Below, piece by piece: positions 54,096 to 64,000 of a DNA stretch of 64,000 nucleotides (positions are counted from its first letter, which is position 1; each line of letters opens with the position of its first letter). The position numbers were made by a program, and so were the translations under genes. Origin of the DNA: Podarcis bocagei (lineage: Eukaryota); assembly GCA_964188305.1 (NCBI GenBank), contig OZ076900.1; one strand, 5' to 3'. The notes under the pieces were generated by a model. It searched no databases, was not told the DNA's origin, and worked only from the letters and a program-made list of their open reading frames with translations.

Positions 54096-56685
54096 GTTCT
54101 TGGATGGTTAGAATAATTAGCAATGGATTTTAATGGGAGTGGGCTGCACCCTCTTCTGCCTATACACCCAAACACATACATTATGCACACCCACACACAT
54201 TCTCTCTGCCAGTTTTTTTAAAAATAAAAATAACTACTGCTACTGTGTGGTAGAGCTTTCATTTTTTTCCATGGATGTCACTTAGTTGTCCATACATTCC
54301 TGCCTAGGAAGCTTAGCTTTTATATTTAAATCATGTACCATTTGGGTTTGAGGAAGCTGGAATTGATTTTGATATGGTGGAAGGCAGCAGTAGTCTGCTT
54401 TATATGTTTGAAAATTCAGATTTTCCACATTCAGACACTAATCTCAAACTGCTAACTAGTTGCCCATCTCCCCCCAAAAGATGGTGGTAGACAGATGAGT
54501 CTTTTGTCAAAGTAACACATTGTACAAGTCTTCCTAGTGCAGATCAAAGGCTAGTTTCCATAACAGCAGCTGCTAAGATGCCTTTAGGTAGCCCACAAGT
54601 AGGACCCTTTGTTCTTGCAGGGTAGTATGTAGCCATTAGAGGTGGTTAAAGACAAGAGTACTTCTGAAAGACAGCTTGATTTTATAATCCTGCTTTAAGC
54701 TTGCCCTGTTACTGTATTGTAAAGTATTACAGCCTAGAGAAAACACAGTATAGTACATTCTTAACTTGAAATTGAGAAGGTGAAGTGCTGTATCGACTGT
54801 GAAGCTGAGAATGGAGTCCATTCTTTTCAGGAACCTGCACAATAGACTTGCAAGTGGACTATAGGGGTAATAAGTAAAGCAGTGCAGTTGAAATAGGCAC
54901 TTTGCAGTCACGGCAGGAAAGGTGATGTGGCTTTTTAACCCTGAATGGGGAGACAGATTACAGAAGGGCTGTTCACATTCTCAGGAAGACAGAGTCTGCC
55001 TCATCTGTGTTTAAAGAGAGAAGAGAGAACTAATTCCACATGCCCAGTGAAAAACTTTTCCATTAAGCAACCGTAGACAAGGCTTAGAACCTCCAGTGCT
55101 ACCAGTTAAGTATATACCATGAAGCATGAAGATAATTAAGTAGCCTCAAGTTTTAATCAAAAATGTATTGCACCACAAATTAGGACTCTACAAGCCATTA
55201 CATAATACAGTCCATATGTACACAGAATGAATGGACTTCCCAAGTGTCCATAAAAGCTTTTTTCTACATACACTCCAAAGGTGGTTTGTGTTTTCTTTGT
55301 ACAAGGAGAAAAAGTGCATTGGTTGCTACCATTGAATGAATATACACACCTCATTCGTGCTCTGATACCTTACCTTACAAGAATTCAACACTAAGGCTAC
55401 TATAGAGTCCTGCCCAAGAGGGTTTCCATACAATACCTTTAAAAAGGTGACTCTGGGAAAATACAATAAAGTATCAACCAGTAGAAATTTTACGCTGTGC
55501 TCTTGGTAAGAAAAACCAACCCCACCATGGCTGATTTTTTCTTCTTAATAAGCACTTTGTAAACAAAAATATACTGTAGCTTAGCAATATGCAGTGGCAA
55601 TATTAAAATTGCAACCTGGTCTCTTAACATGGTTGATGTTCTGTACAGAATAGACAGTATCTTTACATAGACTGGTTAATAAAAATATAGGGGTGGGGGG
55701 CTTTTTTGTTTGGTTTATAACTAAAGAAAAAAGAATTCTTAAGCAAGGTCATGTACTTTGTTTCTTCTTTCTAATGAGCCAAACTGACTGTTACTTTCAA
55801 GTAGTGTAAAAAAAATTAACTGTGATTATGTCAGGAGCTCCCCATCTGTTAAGTAAAGCAACATTGATTGCTAGTGTTGCGGCTGAAACGGAGCTAGGAT
55901 ATGTTGTCAGAGGCTGATGCACCTGCAGCTCTCAGCTGCCCCCTTCCCTGCAAGCAAATTCAGCTAGAGGTGAAACAGAACATGTTCTCTCAAAGCAACC
56001 CCATCACCTTACTGTTTTCGCTTTAAAAATGAGAGGCCGCCACCCTCCTTCCGCTCTGCAACTTGCTATGTTCATCTAGAAAGGTAAGGCAAGTACATGA
56101 AGCTTTGTGAAGACCACTTAATCATTTTTCTTTAAGAAAAATAAAGCTGGCCCTGGCTGAAGCAGATGGGGCTGTTTGCAGCATAGGTATGAATGCACCA
56201 GCAGTTTCAGTCAGCCTTGGTGAAGCAGTGCTGAGAAGGGAGGTGTTATCAGTCTGAGAAAGCAGAATTGCTCCCCACCCCGACAAGGTTTTCTACACTG
56301 TCTGGAATGATGTAAGTGCAGAACAGACACATGCACTTGTTCCTCAATATACAACACTCGGGATTTCTGTTTGTGACAGAAGCTGCCCTATGCTGCTAAT
56401 TCCTGCCACCAGAATCACAACCGCTTGGGTTCCACAAGGCCTCGGAAGCCAGGGCCATTTGTTATCACTAAACGATGGAATAGGGAGGGGGGGTGTCAGG
56501 CTGCAGCAAAGGACACTCCTTTTACAGTACAGCTTTGTAAACAATTTTTCAAAGTTCTTGTACAAAAATACTGTGGTGACAGCAATAAAGACACCACCTC
56601 AGTTGGTGGGTGCAGGATCCTTTTCATAGAAAAAAAAAACAGCTGGAGGCAGGCAGCACATCCTTGGGTCAAGGCGGGGGGGCAC

Positions 56686-59298
56686 TCACGACCACGGAGT
56701 CCTTGGACTTGAGATGGAGGGTCGGATGCTGCCCTTGGGAGATGGTTTTGACCCAAACCACGACATCTGGCAGAAGGAAAACAATAAGTAAAGAAAAAGG
56801 CACACCATTAACTGAGCAGCCAAACATTAGGGGCAAAGGAAGGTGGAAAATCTGAATAAAGCTGTGTGCATCTGCAAAGTCCCAGCAGAACAAAAATGGG
56901 GAGCAAGAAGTCAATACCCTGAAAACTTCCACAAAGATACATAAGTTGAAAAGCCATCACTAGGCCAGGCTAGGGTGTGAAGCTAATGCAGAAAAGTGAT
57001 AGGGATGCAATCTCAGTATAATGCAAGACAGACAAGCTTAATTAAGCACAGGTCTTTGAGGACAGATGCAAGAATCCATCAGCAGCCAGGAAGAACAGAG
57101 GAGCCACAAGGACATGGACTTCTGAACAGTATGTATGTATACGTGGAAATAAGACAACTCTGGAATTGATAGAGCTGCATTCCCTTGATATGGCCTAGGA
57201 CTAGGTGACCCATTGCCATGTAGAAGCAGCAATTCACAAGCACATTAGAAAAAGGCCTGAGCTTAAATATACTTAAATATATACTGAGCATAAATAAATA
57301 TACTTGATGCATGCACCCTGTAATGCTAATGGCAATGTGGCTGAGACTCAAATTGAAAAGGAAGATTCCCAAAGCCCATGTGATGGAAGGACTGGCACAA
57401 AAGCTCCATTTCTGGCACATAGACCCACAATGCCTGCTTCACACATGCAAGCTATCCCTTGATATAGGGGTCATCAAGTGACGGAAGATGCCCAAGTGAC
57501 CTTGTAAGAGTTCAAGCAAAGTCTTACCTTATACTCCAAGGTTTCCTTGAGCATGTTTTCTTCCTCTTTTGAGAAGTTTAGCAACACAGACATGGCTTTT
57601 ATCAGGTGGAATGCCTGAAATGCAATAGCTGGTGAGTTACAATTGATAGTTATGTATAACCCTTACAGATTTGATCACAGAGGTACAGCCAACTAGCTAG
57701 AGAAAAATGCTTGTCGCTCCTGGTGTCTGCTAGTGGGAAATGCCTGGTGCTGCTGGGCAGTTTGAAGAAACCAACAAATAATGTGATTTTTAAACAAAGT
57801 GTAATTTGTGAGTTTGGGGGCTATGTGCACACACAAAAACAAACCCACACAGCAACCCAGGGCTCTGACCTGACCTGGAGAACAATGACCTCGTCCCAAA
57901 TCAATTTGTGTGTATGGCGGTGGAAGCTAATGCTTATTAAGGTTTAATCTGATCTGCCATCTTGAGTCAAAATGGCATCTAAATGGTGACAAAGTCCACT
58001 GCCTGAGTTAGGCAGCTGAATCTATGCCAAAGAATGGACAGAGTCACACCAAAGTAATGTTTCAACCCTTCATCTTGATCCAAAATGGCATTTGGCATCC
58101 AAACACTGACAAGGACTGCTGCCTCCACCTCAGTAACCCTTGTACTGCGTTTGGAGATAGTACTGTATTTTTCTGTGTATAAGGCAATGATTTTTGCTTT
58201 AAAAAAATTAGGCAAAGATTGGGTGTTGTCTTATACATGGATAATGAATGCAGAAGGGGGACGTGCGATTAATGGCAGCAGCAAGCAGGAGGTAGGCAGC
58301 GGCAATTGGGCGGGTGATTGGTGGCTGCAGCAAGGCCTGCAAGGCCTGCTGGAGGTGGTTGAATGCATAGAGAACAAATGGACAAACCACATTCCAAAAT
58401 ATATAGTAGAAAATAGTGGATTAGACTTCTGTGTTTCAACTGGGATCCCTGAGGTACTAGCTTACAGTGGTTAATTTTGTACGTATGCTTCATCAAGGTG
58501 GCAGGCAAAAATTCAAAAATATTCTGAATTTGAACTTATGGTATGTCACATGGAACTTATCACCTGAGGCATGTTGATTCACAGCCAAAAGCAAAATAAA
58601 GAGGGAGGAAACTAGAGGGCAGGGCAGGAGGATGAGGACAAGTTAAAATGGCATCGTCAGTAAAACATGTTTTTCTTACCTCTGATTCCCGGCAGGACAT
58701 AAATTTTAGCACCACGTGCTTAAGGTACTCAAAGTTTATCTCTCGGGAGTCATTCAGATCGGAGTTGTTTGTTACAGTCAAGGCAGCAGTGGGGACCTCA
58801 GGGACCTCACCATCTGGTCGCATTTTCTGAAAAGGATAAAAACCAGTGCTAGCTTTAAGGGACAGGCAAAGCCGCCACATCCAACACTCCTGAAGCGAGG
58901 CCTCACATCCTCCAAAGCCATTCTGGAGAGCAAGAAATAAAGGGGCCCTGCTGGTCTGCATATATGCCACACTATCAAATTCTGCCCCACCTCCAAAGGC
59001 GACTATAGCAACCTACATAAATTATGCAAACTGGGCAGCTCATTCACAGCAAGCGCTCACTAATTTGGATCATTTGTTCCAGTTATGCTAGCTAGTCCCA
59101 AAAAACACTTGAGAAAATTCAAGTCACCACTCAGGCTTCCAAAACATCAGTAGTATTACCCATGCATATATTCATCCCCATAAGTGCTAGAAACTTGTCT
59201 TTACAATAAAATTCAAGAGCTGACATCCTCAAGAAACTGAATTCTGCTTCTGCCACCAAATTCTGCACTTTCCCCCCTTTGCATGCTAAAATCATGGT

Positions 59299-59347
<49 letters not shown>

Positions 59348-62300
59348 GACATACACCAAACTAGTCCCTATGATAATGACAGAGACTGCCATTCAGCACA
59401 AGCTGAACTCACCAATTCTTTCTGCAAGGTTTTCTTCAGCTCTGCCATCCTCTGCTGCAGCTGCTTTATTGTCTACCAGAGGAGAAAGGGTAGGGAGAGA
59501 ACATCAGTTCACAAGTCTGGCCATCAATAAAAGCCATTTCACCTCAACTATCAAGCCTTTTCCACAGTGGCTCCCCACTTTTGGGATGCTCTCCCCAGGG
59601 AGGCTTGCCTGGCACCTTCATTACATATCTTTAGGTGCCAGGCAAAAACATCCTTCTTCTCCCAAGCTTTTGGCTAATTAAACAACCTATGGCCTTTTAA
59701 ACTGAGTGGTGGTGGTATTGTTTGACTTAGACTCCCAGAACTGTTCAAAAACCAAGGCACGGCTTCCGGTTGGCTGCAGGAGCTTCCTGCACTCAATTGG
59801 AAGCCGTGGAAGCCACATCAGATGTTCGGCTTCCAAAAAGGTTCATAAACCGGAACACTTACTTCAAAGTTTGTGGCGTTCAGGACCCAATTTGTTCAGG
59901 AGCCAAGCTGTTCAACAACCAAGGTACCACTGAATATCAGAAACAATTAGAAGGAGGGGGAAAGTAGGAGAAAGGCTTATGAACAGTTGAACCCACACCT
60001 TGTTCTTCTCTGTGATTTGCTGCTCCAAGTCTCTGTTTTCCTTCTGGAGCTGGACAATATCAGTGGCAGCTACCTCCCCATTTGGCTCTGTTCCCCCATC
60101 TTCAGAGGGACACAGATGTTTTTTCAGGGCTGCAGAAGTCAGTTCTAATGTAGCAGCCTAGCAGGAGGTAAAAACGGGCTGGATTTAGCAAGATCAGAGA
60201 AGCAACAAAAAGAGAGCTTATGTACATCCTGAAGAGATTTGGGACAAGTAGGTTTCTCCTGGCCACATATGAAGGGGCAGGGTGGGTGAGAAGAGATAAG
60301 CAAGCACCAAAACCACAGGAATAATGGCTGCACCAAGCTACAAGCAGACCAGCCAATATGGGTCAAAAAGCTGTACTGGCACCTCCAAAACATATCAAAG
60401 AAAGCTTAAGGTAGAAGCCGCACATCTGTGATGAGGTAACCCAAATTCTGAAAACCTGCATAAATTGTGTTTATTTTGCATATATGTGTTTTGCTTCCAC
60501 AATCATGGGAAGTGTTAAGGAATTATAAAGGGCATGGAAATCTTACATAGCAACCCTTCTGGCTGATGAGATTTCATCAGGCATTGCCCACAAACTCAAG
60601 TGCATCTTTGCATCCATAAGGCTGGAAACTTGTCAGTTTTTAAAAAAGAAAGAAAACAAAATTGTTGGGATTTAAAAATCTGTCACAGTAGGTGGAGCCA
60701 CAGTCAACGCATTCTAGTTTTGGCTCCACCTTTACCCTTGTTGAGTTCTGCCAGGGGAACACAAAAACTAAGGAGCCAACACTGAGTTGTTCCCACCCTT
60801 CCTGTCCCCAATCGTAAGGAGGTAGGTTGGAGGGTGGATGACAGCAGACCACGACTGGTGGGGGGTGCCCCATTTCCCCCTAATGACATTATGGTTTGGC
60901 TGAAATTGCCCAGTGGACTAAATGGGGAGGTGCATGGTCTGGAGGTTCCCCACTGCTGCAGTGTTCCAGCACTGAAGAGAGGAACATTCCAGAGGAGAAG
61001 CCACAGTGTTGTTTTTAGAAAGGCTAAGGGCTTGCACTGCCCAAGGAGGGGAAGCTGCTTACTTGCTTCTCGCTGGCTAAGAGGCGCTCCTGCTGGAACT
61101 GTAGCTGCTCTTGCAAAGCACTCATCCGTTTCTCTGCCGCAGCTTCTGTCTCCATGGCCTGGTGCTGGCACAACTCAAGGTTGGACTGCAACTGGTCCAT
61201 CTGCAGCAGAAGTGCATCGTGGTCTAGAAGGAAAGGGAAACCAGTTTAGAGGCAGGGAAGAGAGGGTGGGATGCAGTCATTAATCAAGAAGCATTCAGTC
61301 CAAGAAGCATTCAGCCTGTTCCCCCACTTTTATCCTCACAACAGCCCTGCAAGGTAGCCTAGGCTGAGAGTGGAAACAACTAGCCCAACATCACCTAGCA
61401 AAAGATTCATGGCCAAATGGGGGTTTGATCCTGAGCCTCCCAGGTCCTAGTCTGCCATTCCAACATAACAGAATAAAATTCAAAACAGTAACAATTAATT
61501 GCACATTTATTTAAAATGCAAGTTAACCTGTTTAGTTTAATTAATTCAACAAAACTGATGAACTTGATCCAGTCATTCCATCCACTTTGGTCCACTGTTC
61601 TAACCTGTGGTGCTCCAGATGCCACTGAAGTACAATTCATCCTGAGCTACTGGCAGCTGCTGACGACAGTTGGGAGTCCAACAGAACTTGGAGAGCCACA
61701 TCACCCTCCTTGCTACTAGTAAATGAAGCTTTGCTGGGTCTTACCTTGCCTTAAGTGCTTCAGCTCTTCCTCCCCTTTCAGAAGTGCCTCTGCTTTCTCT
61801 GCAATCAGCAGGTCCTTCTCATGCAACAGCACAGTCAGATCCACAAGCTAAACCACCAAGGGAAAAAAGAAAGGCCATGGACAGTTATGATGTTGCTTCC
61901 CAGACATTCCAAAATGAATGTTTATCATAATCCAACATCACTGTAAGACTGGACCCACTTGAGGGCTATTTTACACTAGGAGCTGGAGTGCTATATCAGA
62001 AAAGGAGGATGGCAGCCAAATCTGGTGTAACAGCATGTACAAGCAGAAGTGTCCAGACAACATATGCTACCTATTACAACACTGGACAAATGTCAGCCCT
62101 TGCCAACCTGGGGCCCTCCAGATGTTCTGGATTTCAACGCCAATGTGCTGGCTGAGCTGATGGAAGTTGTGGTCCAAAACATCTGGAGGGCACCAGGCTG
62201 GCTGAAACATTTGCACAATGAGCTTTCGTGGCTATTTCCTGTCTTTGCTTTCAGATCTAAAACAGTTAAGGTCCCTCCTCCCCTGACCTCACCTCAACAC

Positions 62301-63412
62301 GTGATGCTTTTTGACAAAAGGCTGTTCACACTTTCAAGGGTGAGATGCAAGAAACACAGAACACCTGTGGAGAGGGCTAACAATAGCTACTGGCCCTGAT
62401 GGCTGTGCTCTGACTGTACAGCCAGAGGGAGTAATGCCCCTGAATACCAGCCACTAAGGGAACAGGATGCTGGACTAGACGGGCCACTGGCCTGATACAG
62501 CAGGTTGTTCTTATGTTTCCCCCACTCCTCTCACAAGCTCACCCAAGTCTCTCTTCCCCCTACACTGCCCCCCACTGCCCCCCAATATCTGGAACACCTT
62601 TCCCCCTCTCTAAACTGTTTCTCCTCAAAATCCTCTTTGTCTTGATTAATCCTGATTGTACCATTAACTTTGCTGGACCTCCAAACGTAATCAACACCTC
62701 TTCTGTATCTTCCTAAATTTGCAGGGTAAGAACCCACCATTTCCAGACTTAATTTCTACAGCACCCAGCACCCTGCTGGAGCTAGAGGAATATGTAATAG
62801 GTGAAGAAGGATCGCTCCAGAGCCTCTGTGAAGAAGTGTGACAGATTTCTATGGTGAAAAGTTCTGGCTTCATAGCAGAACAAGCCCTGGTTCCCAAAGC
62901 CACTGCTTTGGATAAAAGCTCTCCCCAAACACAATCCCCACTTCATAAACAGCAGGGAGCAGGTGGGGGAGGACAAGGAAGTGGGGGAGGACTCTATCAG
63001 AAGGGGATTTTTTCCTAGCCACTGAAATGACTCGTTACCGCGAACAGTTAAGTTATGACAGACAGCTTTTACCCAGGCAGTAAAGTCAAGACAGAGACAT
63101 CTGTTTTAGATTCTCAGCTATTATGGAGACCTGCCCATCTCCAAAATGGTCCCCTATCACTGCCTGATTTGCAGTCATTCGTGGTGGGGCAGAACTAATT
63201 TATTTGCATTGGCTCTGATTTGACCTGTCAATACCAACACAATGAATGGCTCAGGTGCAGCCTCCCGCCGTGGCCAATCCTGAAGACAAGGCCAGCTATA
63301 CCCACAGTGGGTGCCAAAGAGGTGAGCCCACCTCCTGCTGCAGTTGATGCTCCCTTTGCCCTCGCGTCTCCTCCAGGGCTTGGGTATTTTCAGCGCTACT
63401 GCTCAATTCTGC
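56686..63412 (-). CDS. GOLGA1: Golgin-97 (GRIP-domain golgin), 3' part; gene continues beyond the window
   Basis: Exons 63412-63332 (acceptor less certain), 61847-61745, 61223-61063, 60157-59999, 59472-59413, 58826-58680, 57614-57528, 56766-56686. Coiled coil, then GRIP domain [40 protein letters not shown] and C-terminus [26 protein letters not shown]. Confidence 0.95.
59300..59345. repeat. (CA)n microsatellite, about 22 units
   Basis: Uninterrupted AC run in a GOLGA1 intron. Confidence 0.95.
59705..59932. mobile_element. Degenerate Tigger-like MITE
   Basis: Right end AACCAAGGTACCACTG; left end decayed. Confidence 0.5.
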
Positions 63413-63607
63413 CTGCAAAGCAGCAAGAATCCTGGGGTTAGAGAATGGAGGATTCAGAATGAGAGTAAACTCCCTAAATACATGCACTGTAGCGTGGAAA
63501 AGGCCATCTTCCAACCACAATTCTAGCTTACTTTACCTTGGCAAACTACCAAATCTCAAACGAAGGGAAGGCAAAGAGTTGTATCTAGCCAAGTTATACT
63601 CAAAACA

Positions 63608-63990
63608 AGGTAAAGGTAAATAACCCCTTGACAGTTAAGTCCAGTCAAAGTTGATTATGGGGTGCGGTGCTCATTTTGCCTTTCAGGCCGAGGAAGCTAG
63701 CATTTGTCCACAGACAGCTTTCCGGGTCATGTGGCCAGTATGACTATACCGCTACTGGCGCACAGAACACCATGGCGAGTGCCAGAGTGCATCAAAACAC
63801 CGTTTACCTTCCCACCTATTTATCTACTTGCACTGATATGCTTTCAAATTGCTAGGCTGGCAGAAACAGGGACAGAGCAATGGGAGCTCAGTCACACAGA
63901 ACTGCAAGACCTTCCGATCAGCAAGCTCAAGAGGCTTAGTGGTTTAGCTCAAGAGGCTTAGTGGTTTAGACCACAGCATCACCCGCGGGG
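63608..63990 (-). mobile_element. Sauria SINE, diverged
   Basis: Tail ggtaaaggtaaa; body cctatttatctacttgcac..gaccttccgatcagcaag; head with a 22-bp tandem duplication (agctcaagaggcttagtggttt x2). Confidence 0.85.
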
Positions 63991-64000
63991 TCTAGAATAG

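Overview
Vertebrate nuclear DNA from a squamate, most likely a lacertid lizard. The taxon call rests on a Podarcis-type Sauria SINE, a Squam3-like SINE and a BovB tail. Five intron-containing genes can be spliced by hand with open frames: HSPA5/BiP (+, 654 aa), RABEPK (-, 365 aa), PPP6C (+, 305 aa), ARPC5L (+, 158 aa, U12 AT-AC first intron) and the last 8 coding exons of GOLGA1 (-). Introns and intergenic DNA are full of Tigger-like and hAT MITEs, SINEs, CR1/RTE/L1 fragments, a solo LTR and a Penelope-like insert. Most ORFs in the supplied track are spurious. I cannot show a wholly new biological system here. The best leads are: (1) a perfect heat-shock element added to the ERSE/CRE promoter of BiP; (2) a composite hAT element carrying a tandem array of ~30-bp hairpins separated by poly-G between the divergent RABEPK and PPP6C promoters; (3) a gene-order change relative to human (PPP6C next to an inverted ARPC5L-GOLGA1 block, with no SCAI or RPL35); (4) a hammerhead-ribozyme remnant in a Penelope-like insert; (5) a 57-bp-arm hairpin just downstream of the PPP6C poly(A) signals.
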